Assembly: GCF_001194135.2 (NCBI RefSeq)
Contig: NC_068991.1
Span: 43,877,782 to 43,941,551 of the forward strand
Origin: Octopus bimaculoides
Taxonomy: Eukaryota
Length of the DNA stretch: 63,770 bases
Direction of reading: 5' to 3'
Under the pieces are notes generated by a model. The model was given only the letters and a program-made list of their open reading frames with translations, ran no database searches and was not told the DNA's origin. Below, piece after piece: positions 38,184 to 50,825 of this stretch. How positions within the stretch are numbered: position 1 is the first letter of the stretch; every line of letters starts with the position of its first letter. Both the position numbers and the translations under genes were made by a program.

Positions 38184-38418
38184 GTATGTGTGTGTATATG
38201 TTTGTGTGTCTGTGTTTGTCCCCCCAACATCGCTTGACAACCAATGCTGGTGTGTTTACGCCCCCGTAACTTAGCGGTTCGGCAAAAGAGACTGATAGAA
38301 TAAGTACTAGGCTTACAAAGAATAAGTCCTGGGGTCGATNNNNNNNNNNTACTATAGCCTTGGGCCGACCAAAGCCTTGTGAGTGGATTTGGTAGATGGA
38401 AACTGAAAGAAGCCTGTC

Positions 38419-38456
<38 letters not shown>

Positions 38457-38684
38457 GTATGTGTGTGTATATGTTTGTGTGTCTGTGTTTGTCCCCCCAA
38501 CATCGCTTGACAACCAATGCTGGTGTGTTTACGCCCCCGTAACTTAGCGGTTCGGCAAAAGAGACTGATAGAATAAGTACTAGGCTTACAAAGAATAAGT
38601 CCTGGGGTCGATTTGCTCAACTAAAGGTGGTGCTCCAGCATGGCCACAGTCAAATGACTGAAACAAGTAAAAGAGTAAAAGAGT
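38001..38684 (+). mobile_element. SINE A copy, apparently duplicated by an assembly overlap across a 10-N gap
   Basis: 38077-38339 appears identical to 38350-38612, including microsatellite length. Confidence 0.85.
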
Positions 38685-39234
38685 GTTTGCTTATTTTGAT
38701 TAATAAATTAAACAGGTTTTTAAAAATGAGAACATTGAACAGATTAGGATTTGTTCAATCTCCTTGTGGCATCTGGAGTTGGAGGTGTGGAGCACTTTTC
38801 AACCAATCTTCAATCACCAGTCACCAGTTAATAAAAGACACAGAAGTGCTGATATGAACATTATGGAAAAAATTTCTCTCATAACACCCATTCTGTATAC
38901 ATATGCATGGCTATAGATGCAGGCATAGCTATGCGGTTGAGATGTTTACAGCTCTGCCACATGGTTTTGTGTTTAGTCTCACTGCACATCTTCTACTATA
39001 GCCCTAGGCCAACAAAAGCCTTGTAAGTGATAGACGGAAACTAAAAGATCATTTGTCTATCTATGTGTATATATATGGAAAAGGTTCGATAAATTTTTTT
39101 TTTTCATCTGGTAAATAGTAGCAATATGATAAAAAGGAGGAAAATGCAAGATTTTATGTTCGACAATACATACACACACACACACAAACAAATATACACA
39201 CACACACACACACTTACCCACATAAATAAAATAT

Positions 39235-39455
39235 TCTTATTTTCTTTCTTTTATTGTTTTATTTGTTTCAGTCATTTGACTGCGGCCATACTGGAGCACA
39301 GCCTTTAGTTGAGCAAATCGACCCCAGGACTTATTTTTTGTGAGCCTAGTACTTATTCTATTGGTCTCTCTTGCCAAACCACTAAGTGACGGGGACGTAA
39401 ATACACCAGCATCGATTTTCAAGCGATGTTGGTGGGACAACACAGACACACAAAC

Positions 39456-39505
<50 letters not shown>

Positions 39506-39663
39506 GACAGGCTTCTTTTAGTTTCCGTCTACCAAATCCACTCACAAGGCATTGGTCGGCCCGAGGCTATAGTAGAAGACACTTGCCCAAGGTGCCACGC
39601 AGTGGGACTGAACCTGGAACCATGTGGTTGGTAAGCAAGCTACTTACCACACAGCCACTCCTA
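39235..39663 (-). mobile_element. SINE A, full length (another at 39940-40310, minus strand)
   Basis: Family motifs. Confidence 0.9.
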
Positions 39664-39664
39664 C

Positions 39665-39806
39665 ATAATTGACTAACAAGTGAGTGCTAATGTTACAATT
39701 TCTTGCTATCATAAGAAGTTTCCCTTCCATGTTAGCAGAAGGAAGGATATAACTTCTTATGATAGCTTGAAACTGTAACATTATCAATAACTTCTTAGTC
39801 ATAATT
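39665..39806. repeat. Long inverted repeat (hairpin), arms about 60 bp
   Basis: TAATGTTAC..TTTC..GCTATCATAAGAAGTT is mirrored at 39750-39783; imperfect outward extension. Confidence 0.8.
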
Positions 39807-40410
39807 AGCACAAGCAAAACCAGTTGATTATGGAAATATATTATTTCATAAAAATATATGTAAATATTTTGTCCAACATAAAATTTATGTGCATTTCTCT
39901 TCTTTTTATATTTTTCAGTGTATATCTTGTATCTTTGATCTGTTTCAGTTCATTAGACTGTGGCCATGCTGAGGCATCACCTTGAAGAACTTTTAGTCAA
40001 ATAAATTGATGCCAGTACTTTGCTTTTCTTTTTAAACCCTGGTACTTATTCTATTGTTCTTCGTTTTCTGAAGCGCTAAGTTACGGGGATGTAAACAAAC
40101 CAGCACTAGTTGTCAAGTGGTGGTGGGGGACAAATGCAAACACACACATGATGGGTTTCTTTTAGTTTCCATCTACCAAATCCACTCACAAGGCTTTGGT
40201 CAGCTCTAGGCTATAGTGGAAGACACTTGCCCAAAGTGCCACACAGTGGTACTGAACCTTAAACCATGTGGTTGGAAAGCAAGCTTCTTACCATACAGCC
40301 ATGCCTGTATCTATANNNNNNNNNNNNNNNNNNNNNNNNNNNNNNNNNNNNNNNNNNNNNNNNNNNNNNNNNNNNNNNNNNNNNNNNNNNNNNNNNNNNN
40401 TGTATGTATG

Positions 40411-40451
<41 letters not shown>

Positions 40452-40655
40452 CAGAATGGGACAAGAACGCAAAACATCCAGACAGTTAGGTGATACAAGA
40501 AAGGGACAAAACATCCAGATAGACGATACAAAGAAAACACAGACAGGTCATTCGGAGTTTTCTTTCCGCAGTCGAGGTCCAGATTATCCTTGCAATTTTG
40601 AATATTCTCGATATTGCTCCATATGGCCAGCCCCAAGGATAAACTAAGCTAAAAG

Positions 40656-41530
40656 CAGGGTGGGTGAAAAGTAAGTGGGCATTAAAAATTGGTAGTAAAA
40701 TCTATATTCCTTTTACAAATTTATTGAAAGAAATGATACATGTTCTTTATTACATGGGAAAATGAAAGTAAATCTTCATATTTCAATGTAAGTATCGGTG
40801 GCCTCAACCAGTCTCCTCAAATGGCCAGGGATGGAACAAACAACCTTCTGAAGGACATTGTCTAGGATATCATTGAGAACCTCCTGAATCCATGTCTCTA
40901 AGTCCTCCAGTGTGCAAGGTTTTGTCTTGTACACCTCCTCTTTTGTGTAAATCCACAGATAAAGATCACATGGAGTGAGATCTGGAGTGCTGGACTTCTG
41001 CAGTCACAGTCTTCAGGTTTTAGTTCCTGCATGTAATGGGATTTCCACGGATGAAGATTCAGTCCTTTAGGCAACACCATAGGTATTGTGTGTCTTGTTA
41101 GTCCACTTTCATGAGCTGCTTGACGTGTTGATTTTTGCGGGCTGCGATTAAACATTTCCTGCACTGTTGCCATGTTCTCTGCTGATTGGGATGTGGTTGA
41201 ACGGCCACTTCTTGCATCGTTAATAGAGTCTGTAGTCATCAGCTTTGCATGACAACTTTTTATTGTCTCTGGATGTTGTGTTGCATGCTTACCTTTCCAT
41301 GCATGCCACCATCTCTGAACCAAAACAATGGAATTCCACACTTCATAGTGTGCTGCTATCTTAGCTCGCTCCTGAACAGTCAAGTAATTAGCCATCTGGA
41401 AAATAAGAAATAAGACAATAAAATAAGAAATCCCCATTAGTGTTATCTGTTAAAAAATGATTTCGTTATGACTTCAATGATACTAAAAATTCTATAAGCA
41501 ATTTTTAATCCTTAGTTACTTTCCACTCAC

Positions 41531-41533
<3 letters not shown>
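40656..41533 (-). mobile_element. Internally deleted Tc1/mariner-superfamily element (DUF4817-like HTH)
   Basis: TIRs CAGGGTGGGTGAAAAGTAA / inverse CAGGTGAGTGGAAAGTAA. ORF 40898-41437 with RSGRS and SPQKSTRQ; shifted-frame PDLTPCD. Confidence 0.85.
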
Positions 41534-41570
<37 letters not shown>

Positions 41571-41571
41571 C

Positions 41572-41613
<42 letters not shown>

Positions 41614-42149
41614 TGTGTGTGTCTATATGTTTGTTTTTTATTTCCATGTGCTATTGCTTGTACAACAGATCATTAGGCAATGCTCTTGTCAGTTTCCTCT
41701 TTCAACAAATTGAGTTACTTTGTGCCTTGTTGTGGTGGAATAAATGATCCTTCACTTGAAAAACAGTGAAGAGTTTGCATCAGGAAGGGCATATGGTTGT
41801 AGAACAATGCTTCAAATAATATATTTGTCTATGCAAGCATAAAAAAATGAATGCAAAATGAATGAACACACACACACAGCAACATCATCATCATCATCAT
41901 AATTTTATGTCTGTTTTATCATGCTGGACAAGTCTCACACCATCTCACAACTTGTTGCAGTCCTTTGTCATCTAGCATACACAACTACAGAGCAAAATAG
42001 GCCAACTTTATTGTTGTGTATGTCATTTTACTTTGGCATGATTTTTAGGAGTTGGATGCCCTTCTGAAAGTAAAGGAGGTCTATTACTTGTGTAGGAATT
42101 ATTAAAATCAAGGAATGACACAATTTAATCAAATCATGTTAAGACTGTT

Positions 42150-43250
42150 CTGTTTAATGATGATTCCTACTGGGAAAAAATGTAAGGTCATCCATGAGGA
42201 GCTACGATAGGGCCAAGTCACTGACTTCATTGAGTACTTATCTTGGATACCATAAAAAAAAATATACATGCTCTCGTAGTTCAAGCCTGTTCAAGGATGA
42301 TGACAGTGTCAAGCTACATGAATGGCTATGCTATGGATAAGTTCAGTAAGAATCTTAAAAACATCTTCAAAGAATTCAGCCTAATCATAACTGTTACTAC
42401 CAACTCCACCAACTTAACAAAGGTTAACTTCCTTGATGTAATCTTAGATCTTAAGACAGGCAATTACTACCCTTGCAGAAAACCCAGTGAGGAAATTGTT
42501 GATACTCGCGCATACTTCATCTGTAATTTGAAATTTAGTCATTGGTTTCAGAAGAAGAATCTCCAAGAAAGAGAGAGAGATAGAGAGATTGAAAAGGATT
42601 GCACCTTATTATAACAAGGTGCTTGTGAGGTGTGGCTTTACTGATAAGTTAGTAGATATGAAGGATCTCCCACTCCCAAACTCAAGGAGAATTAGAAAGA
42701 GAAAGGTAATCCAGTTTAATCCTCTATTCAATCTAGAAGCTTCTAATATAGCTAGAGGCTTCCTAATTCTAATTAGACATTTCCCAAGAACTTATAGATA
42801 TCATAAACTTTAATTCCCATAACATCAAGATTAACTACTCATGTTTAAATTATATCATTTCCAATATTGCTTGCTACAAGAGAAGCAAACTTACATTCAC
42901 ACAATCTTCACCCTACATTCCAGTCTGTAACTGTTAGCATCTTACCAACTGCCCATTGGATCCTGCTTCTCAAAGGGTATCATCTATAGAGTTATCATTA
43001 TATTATGTAGTTGCATCCTGAGACACTACATTGGCATGATGGCCAATAACTTTAAGGGAAAATCCATGCAACACATGCACTCTTTCAGATGTACCGCTTC
43101 ATCTGGAAAATGAGATCATGAAAATAACTTTCCCAACTTTGCATGGGCATCCTTAAAAGGGTACCCTACCTTATCTGGAATTCATAATTGCTAACCCTGC
43201 CTCCATGAGAAATTGCACATTTTCCACCACTCTGTAGTACCCATCACTAG
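42150..43250 (+). mobile_element. Penelope-like element relic (RT C-terminal half + GIY-YIG endonuclease)
   Basis: SMRSYDRA (MGSYDGAE-like, 42191), KVNFLDV.LDL.TG.Y.P.RKP, RKRKVIQFNP, RHFP...HKL, NIKINYSC, CNC...CPL, HYIG (43027). Confidence 0.8.
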
Positions 43251-43734
43251 GAAAACTGACCTATCCTAATGCTGCAACCAAACATGTCCTGTTAATGAAT
43301 TTCAAACCATTAGTCACTGATAACCCAGATATATTACCACAGAACTAGCAAGCCCATGCACAATGGTAGTGTATAATCCTTAATGTATGTGGAGATTACA
43401 GCCCACTATCATACCCAGTAGACATAATGATCACTTATATGTAACTTGACACCATCCAAATTGGTTAACTCCCCACACGGTAACTAAATGGGTTGAAGTG
43501 CCACACCCTGCAGAAGAAGGGCTGACACCAACATCTTGTCTTCTTTACCACATAAGGTATTTGATGAAAGAACTGATTATGCTAAGATGGGTAAAACAAT
43601 CGCATGACCTGAAATGCCCACTGAAGGCCTAAATACTTTCACCTAGAAGCCATATTAAATTTCTTTTAAATGCTCTTCACTCTGATTCTGAACATCTAAG
43701 TTGATGTGTTCTAAACCCATGTAATCTTTAAGTA

Positions 43735-43773
<39 letters not shown>

Positions 43774-44509
43774 NNNNNNNNNNNNNNNNNNNNNNNNNNN
43801 NNNNNNNNNNNNNNNNNNNNNNNNNNNNNNNNNNNNNNNNNNNNNNNNNNNNNNNNNNNNNNNNNNNNNNNNNNNNNNNNNNNNNNNNNNNNNNNNNNNN
43901 NNNNNNNNNNNNNNNNNNNNNNNNNNNNNNNNNNNNNNNNNNNNNNNNNNNNNNNNNNNNNNNNNNNNNNNNNNNNNNNNNNNNNNNATGAGGTAATGAA
44001 GAGCTTTTCCTTCTAAACCAGAAACATGTTTATGATTAACTATGGCTAGTTTAGTTCATTATTTTTTCTTCTTGTTTTGCCTATGTGAGTTGCGGGTAAC
44101 TGCTATCTGTTGCTGATCCCTTAATTTTGTTTATAAATGTATAAGAACTTTTAAATAAGTTCCACACCGATAATGGTGCTTACATACCGAAGGGCTTGGT
44201 AAAAATTATTAATTGTTGATTTATTAATAAATTGATAATCCTTTACCCTTTTAATTGTAATATATATATATATATATATATCCATGCTTGAAACTCAGAG
44301 TACCAAGGAGTCTGAATCAAACTGTTTTAATCTCTGTGTGTGTGTGTGTATTAGTTGAACTATATACAACACTTGTTAGATATATAGAGATCTAAAGTAG
44401 ATTTACAGGTGTATATTGAACATATTTTTCAAGTTTATTTCACTACTGAAACTAAGGTTCTTGGAAAAAATTTCATTGTCAGAAGTTCTCGTACCTATTT
44501 AAGAAACAT

Positions 44510-45340
44510 TTTTGTTTACTGATTTTCTCTCTTTCATTTTCCTTTCCTTATTTGCATTCCTCTTTATTTCCTTGTGTTTCCTTTCTGTTTATCCTTCCTT
44601 GTATCATTTTTCTCCCCATCCTTTTACTTTCAATTTCTTAAATGTTTATCTTCATTTCTCTCTTTTCCTTTCTCTTTTTCATTCTATTTCCTTCATTTTT
44701 TTTTTTATGTCCCCATTTAAAAAAGATTTTATCTTTCTTCCGCCTTTCTCCTTCTTTCTCTCTATTTTTCTTTTCTCTTTCGTTCTTTTTTTCTTCTATT
44801 TCTAATTCATTAATCTTCAAATTCTGACTGTATTCTGAATGGTAAAGAATTTTCCCTCTGATAAGTCATTTTTGCTCTAATCTCTTTTTTACATTGCTAT
44901 TTTGTTTTTGGTTTGTGTATTTTTTACTTTATTTTTGTTGTTGTTATGGCTATTTTCTTGTTTGAGTTGTATCACTTTTCATTAGGTTCTCTGTTTGCAT
45001 CATTCTCTACTAAAAAGTAAAGCAACAGCAGCAGCAACTGCAAGAACAACAAGTTATCTTGGAAAATTGAGGGAGAAGAAAATACTATATGATATCTGTC
45101 AGAAAATACTATCTGATAGCAGACTGGTAGAAAGAAGAGGGGAAGGAAAACAGAAAAACAGACAGTATAAGGAAGAAAGGCTGAAGTAAGGAAAATGGAA
45201 ATACAAAAAGAAATATTGGGAGTAGGGTATAACAGAAGAGAATGATAGAGAGAAATTGGAAATAAGGAGAAAGTAAGGCAAAGATTAGATGAATAATTAA
45301 GAGAGTGAGAGCATAAAAGAAAGAGATTGAACCAGAAATA
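44510..45340. repeat. Pyrimidine-rich tract (44510-44815) and purine-rich tract (45130-45340); (TTAA)n at about 45366-45392
   Basis: Direct reading. Confidence 0.85.
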
Positions 45341-46074
45341 GATGGAGCTTATGTATGTGTGTTTTTTAATTAATTAATTAATTAATTAATTACAAATGGA
45401 ATGTGAGGCTAATCATTCCTACATTGTTGTTTCACTATGGCCAATTTACAATTCCATCTGCAACTACCACACACCTTAGTTATGAGCAAACTCAAAAACT
45501 ATGCTTTAGATATTGGAGAGTTAAAAGCTCTAAGTATAAGTATGTTCTTTTAATTATATTTAACCAAATTTTCTCATTATAGTTCGAGTCAGTCTGTGGA
45601 GTTATTTGCTGTAAGCTGTACTTTAGAAAACTTTTACATATTTCTACTGTGCTTGCAGACCAAATTTGCTGCTCGTTTTTGAATTTTTTTTTTTCTTTGC
45701 CCAGAAACTTCAGTCTCTTCCATTTATTCTGTACACATATGGTAATATAACTAGCTGTATCAATAAATGGAATTGTGACACTATAACCATGATGTAAAAA
45801 TCTGCAGGTTTTGAAACAATTGTCCTTAAATGTTCATATTTTCACTGATTTTGGATTATTTGTTCTATTTTCAGTCTTGGATGAACTATATTGAGAGTTT
45901 TATGAGGAATATTCCTTATTCCAGTATTCTATATTTCATTATCTTTTATGTTAGTGTGAATAAATTCTAAACCAGTGATATTTTTAAGCTCATATGAAGG
46001 TGGTCCTTCCTGTAAATATCATTGTATATTGATAGCTGTCAGTAAACTACTACTTTCCTATAAAATATCATCTA

Positions 46075-46435
46075 TAAGCACAGGTATGGCTATGTAGTAA
46101 GAAGTTTGCTTCCCAATCACATGGTTCTAGCATCATTCCCACTGTGTGGCACCTTGGACAAGTGTCTTCTACTCTAGCTGCAGGCCAGCCAAGCCATGTG
46201 AGTGTATGTATGTGTATGTATGGTGTTTATGTTTGTCCCTCATTACAGCCTGAGAACTGGAGTTAGCTTGTTTACATCCCAGTAACTTACAGTTCAGCAA
46301 AAGAGACCATTAGAATAAATATCAAGCTTTAAAATAAAAAAAGCCTGAAGGGGGTTTGTTAAACTAAACCCTTCAAGGCAAGTGCTCCAGCATTGCCACA
46401 GTCCAATGACTGAAGCATGTAAAAGATAAATGATA
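46075..46435 (+). mobile_element. SINE A, degenerate full length
   Basis: Head GGTATGGCTATGTAGTAAG to tail AAAAGAT. Confidence 0.8.
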
Positions 46436-47121
46436 AAGATATAACATCATATTTCATAAGAAAGTAGTTCTTCATTGACAGTTTTGCTTTGACATGTTAT
46501 GTCTTCTCACACAAGCATGATGTTAAAATTTCTGTCCTTACTTGGGTATTTAGTAGTCTCATATACAGCACTCCTGCCTTTCCTATCACCAATCATATTA
46601 TTTGATCGTATCTAATAACTTTTCCAAATCTCTCCTGTGTGTTCATACTGTTTTTACATTTGCATGAATATAAAAGGATGTCTCCAAGTTAAAAAAAGAG
46701 AGTAGCGAGCATCTAGATGTTTTGTATCTGCAGTTTATCTATCTATATATTTTTCATTCATTAGTGAAAATAGATCTCAATATTAACAACAATAATCAAG
46801 TTTGGAAAAGGGTTAAAAAATTGACATAAATCAACTAGGTAGTTCTGTAAATATGGGGAATTTTACATGAAATGTTGAAATTTGCAACTGTTTGTGGCAA
46901 TAGAGGCCAGTTGGCAAAGTGGTTTGGGTGTTCAGCTATCTGCTTATAGCTCATAAGTTCAAATCAGCTGCTGGCATTTTGTTGTTTTCAGGTAGAACAG
47001 TTTATTGTACTTTACTTCAGTTTTCCTGGAATAAACTAATAATCTTATCTCCAGTCCTAAGCATCTCTTTGAACCTGTGCACAAAGAAAAAAATCATTAA
47101 TAGGATCTTAATGTGTTATAG

Positions 47122-47227
47122 AACATTGCTGCCGTACTTAGCAGTAGGATTAGTAGAGCACTTTTTATCCCAATGGCATGGACAACATTCAGTTCACCTG
47201 ATCAATAGCAGTTTTGGATTTATTCAG
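47122..47227 (+). other. Candidate 106-bp internal exon (unassigned)
   Basis: AG at 47120-47121; donor CAG|GTTAGT; one open frame TLLPYLAVGLVEHFLSQWHGQHSVHLINSSFGFIQ; not a recognised repeat. No homolog recognised. Confidence 0.25.
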
Positions 47228-48536
47228 GTTAGTTACACATTGGTGACAGATGGTACTACTTGACAACAATATCAAGAGTTCAAACGCTATTGTAGTTATT
47301 GTACTGCATTTACTGGTGAAGTATATTATGATCCTATTTTCCTTGCTTTAATGAACTGAAGAAAAATCGTTAACTCTGCCACTGTGAAGTGAAGTGGTAA
47401 ATGCATGGAAAGGGTGAAAGGATATCAGTTCAACTGCATAAATATTTTCCTGTACAAGTCATGTGATTGTTTTTTTTTTTCGTTTTTTTTCATCAAGATT
47501 ATTGGGACTTACACCACTAAGTAGTTGAGAGGCATATTATGACCTGCCATAGTAACATCACTGCACAGCAGGCTGTGCCATAAAATTGAAATAAGCATTA
47601 AAAGACTCTAGAGCTCTTGTCAGTTATACGATGTTGTACATGAATCAACAACGGAACTGCTATGTAGAAGCTTGAGCTGTTAGAATTAGCAGCTACTTTT
47701 TTCTTTCTCAAACCATACCTTACTGTCTTGAAAATGGAAGAAGAGACAGTGCATTCTTAGACATACAAAACAGGAAATGGCCATGATTGGAATGCTTTTG
47801 TCTGATTGACCTGTGGGCTAAAAACACAATTACAGTATAACATTTTATATATCATACTTAAAGTAGATATATCATTAAGTATGATATATAGATTGCTATT
47901 TTAAACACATTCTGCTTCCATTACTAATAATGAACAATTACAATAGCTGAACTGTAAACTGTTGGTAGGAAGAGCACTGCTCTCAACAGTTTACAGAAGT
48001 TTTTCATAACATTTTAGTGCTGAACTCAAATCTTTGAAAGTTAGGTACCTTTCAAAGAATACAGTGATTAACTTCCATCCCAAAATATAAACTAAAGTGT
48101 TATGTCAATTAATAACAGTAAAAATTGTTTTGGCATTTAAATTTAATTATTTTAGCATTTAAATGTGTCTGGTTATCAAAATTCTGAATGCACAAAGTTA
48201 ATGAGAAAAGACCAATACTTCAAACCAGAGTAAAATGCCGGATATGATTGTGAAAATTAAATAATTAAAAAGGAATGTAATAATACATTACGAAGGATAT
48301 ATCATACACACTTATTCATTAGTTATTAATATATCAATGGCCAAACAATCAAATTCAAAATTTGAATGTGTAGATAGAGGTTAAAATGTTATTCTTGCCG
48401 GTCGGGATACATGTTAGTGCCAAAGTATGATTTTGTATCAATTTGTATTTATAGGAATGTTCTCCTAATGGGAGGAGTGGCACCATTATATTGTTTTATA
48501 TCCATTATTTGATGGTACGGTATATGATAGGAGATA

Positions 48537-48538
48537 TA

Positions 48539-48613
<75 letters not shown>

Positions 48614-48660
48614 GTGTATATATATATATTTATATATAAGTATATATGTATATACATATA

Positions 48661-48717
<57 letters not shown>

Positions 48718-48781
48718 GTATATATATAAAAATATATATATATATGTATATATATATATTTATATATATGTATATATATAT
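48537..48781. repeat. Long degenerate (TA)n/(TG)n microsatellite
   Basis: Direct reading. Confidence 0.95.
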
Positions 48782-49308
48782 GTGAAGTATATTTGCCACT
48801 TAAATGTGGCTAGACCCTAAGGGTGAATGCTACTGTTGCTTTTAGCCCCAGGAGAACATCTCCTCCAGTTGGCTATTGACACACTTTCTGTGCCCTGTCG
48901 GTATTTGCAAAGGGAAGTCATCCTTCCCATCGTCGATCTGACGTGATACGCACGGACTCGAGTTTCTGGGTATTTACCCTTCGTCAGCGTATGACAATCA
49001 CCGATCTTTGATGCGAAGGGCTCCCAATGCAAATACATATATACTTTTCCCAGTGACGAAAATTCACTGATCTCGAAAAAGTGTAAACAAGCAATGTTAA
49101 ATCTCTGAACGAGGTATAAACAGTAACTGCACGACGTGAAGTATATTTGCCACTTAAATGTGGCTAGACCCTAAGGGTGAATGCTACTATTGCTTTTAGC
49201 CCCAGGCGAACATCTCCTCCAGCTGGTTATTGACACACTTTCTGTGCCCTGTCGGTATTTGCAAAGGGAAGTCACCCTTCCCATCGTCAATAGCCAGCTG
49301 GAGGAGAT
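48782..49308 (-). mobile_element. Retrozyme-like element: 354-bp unit present 1.43 times, plus a short 5' inverted piece
   Basis: 153-bp direct repeats 48782-48934 and 49136-49288; inverted 23-mer at 49286-49308; no ORF. Confidence 0.8.
48951..48991 (-). ncRNA. Minimal type I hammerhead ribozyme motif with intact core
   Basis: Minus strand: TACG-CTGACGA-A-GGGT(AAAT)ACCC-A-GAA-ACTCGAGT-C-CGTG. Palindromic 8-nt stem III; predicted GUC cleavage between 48955 and 48954. Confidence 0.75.
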
Positions 49309-49457
49309 TGTCACATATTATATTACAGAGAAATTCCTTTATTTACACAATATTGAAGTCTCTTTCATTCTTTTGTTGTCTTATCATTACTATTAATATA
49401 TATGTATATATACATATGTATTCGTATGTGTATATAAGTATATTTATATATATATAT

Positions 49458-49817
49458 CTCTTTTACTCTTTTACTTGTTTCAGTCATTTGATCGTGGCCA
49501 TGCTGGAGCACCGCCTTTAGTCAAGCAAATCGACCCCAGGACTTATTTTCTGTAAGCCTAGTACTTATTCTATCAGTCTCTTTTGCCGAACCGCTAAGTT
49601 ACGGGGATGTAAACACACCAGCATCGGTTGTCAAGCAATGTTGGGGGGACAAACACAGACACACAAACACACACATATATATACATATACATATATATGG
49701 CAAGCTTCTTTTCAGTTTCCATCTACCAAATCCACTCACAAGGTGCCATACAGTGGGACTGAACCTGAAACCATGTGGTTGTTAAGCAAGCTACTTACCA
49801 CACAGCCACTCCTGCGC

Positions 49818-49820
<3 letters not shown>
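49458..49820 (-). mobile_element. SINE A with internal deletion
   Basis: Family motifs. Confidence 0.9.
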
Positions 49821-49852
<32 letters not shown>

Positions 49853-49904
49853 TTTTATTCTTTTACTCATTTCAGCCTTGCGGCTGTGGTCTTGCTGGAG
49901 CACA

Positions 49905-50825
49905 ACCATGTCTCTCTGACTTCCTGAGTCTGGGTGTTTCACATCACTACTCCTGTATGTGCCTTTGTCCCAGCTGTTGGTCCATCCGGTGGAAAGGAGG
50001 ATGTCTAGTTCCATTTTGAAGACATCTACTCCCACCTTATGCAAATTTCTTAATTTTTGTGGCAGAACATTGAAGAGCTGTGGGCCTTTGAACCATAGAC
50101 TATTGCAGTACCTGGTCCTGAATTTAGATGGAGTGGATGGTACCTTTGGTACAATACAATGGCGGCCAGTTCTGGCATTTGTATAACACTCAATACCAAA
50201 GTTAGGTACTAGCCCTTCTAGGGTTTTCTATATGAACATTATTGCATATCTCTCATGCCTTCGCTCCAGGGAGTAAAGCTGTAGTTTTATTAGCCTATCT
50301 CTATAGCTCATCCACTGCACAGTTTCAATCTTTTTAGTGTAGTGGTGTTGGACTGCTTCAAGCTCCGCTGTTAGTTTGGCACTATGCGGTGACCATAACT
50401 GGGAGCAGTAGTTCAGGCAGCTGAGAACAAAGGTTCTCCACAGGGTCATCACAGTTTCTTGGTCTCTTGTCTTGAAGGACCTCAGTATCCATCCTGCCAG
50501 TTGTCTGCACTTTGCTGCCATCTTGCTTATATGCATATGAAATGATGCATCATTGCACATACTGATCCCCAAGTCTTTCACTGCCTGTGACTATGGGATT
50601 GTAGTGCCTTGGGGTCCTGTAAATGTAGATTGTACTGTATTTGTGAGTTGATAGTGCAGTACTTGAAATTTTCCAGCATTAAGCTGCATGTTATTTATTT
50701 CAGCCCACTTGTATATTGAGTTTAGGTCCCGTTGTAAGTTTGTGACATCATCTTAGTTTTTTTTATTGCCTGTGATAATTTTGTATCATTGGCATAGCTA
50801 GTGACAGTGGCTGTCTGATTGACAA
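49905..50825 (-). mobile_element. CR1/L2-group LINE 3' fragment (same family as 23770-24803)
   Basis: SYANDTK, KDLGI, CSQLWSPH, YSLERR (ORF 50228-50581). Confidence 0.9.

Noticed and set aside
38077-38612. 263-bp direct duplication of a SINE
   Set aside because: The copies appear identical, including microsatellite length, and flank a 10-N gap. This is an unmerged contig overlap rather than biology.
39750-39785. Hammerhead-like CTTATGA...GAAA in the 39.7-kb hairpin
   Set aside because: G5 is missing, there is no real stem II and no stem I partner.
44160-44200. CCGATAA-TGGT...ACC-GAAG hammerhead-like remnant
   Set aside because: Three core mismatches and a weak stem I; cannot be distinguished from chance.
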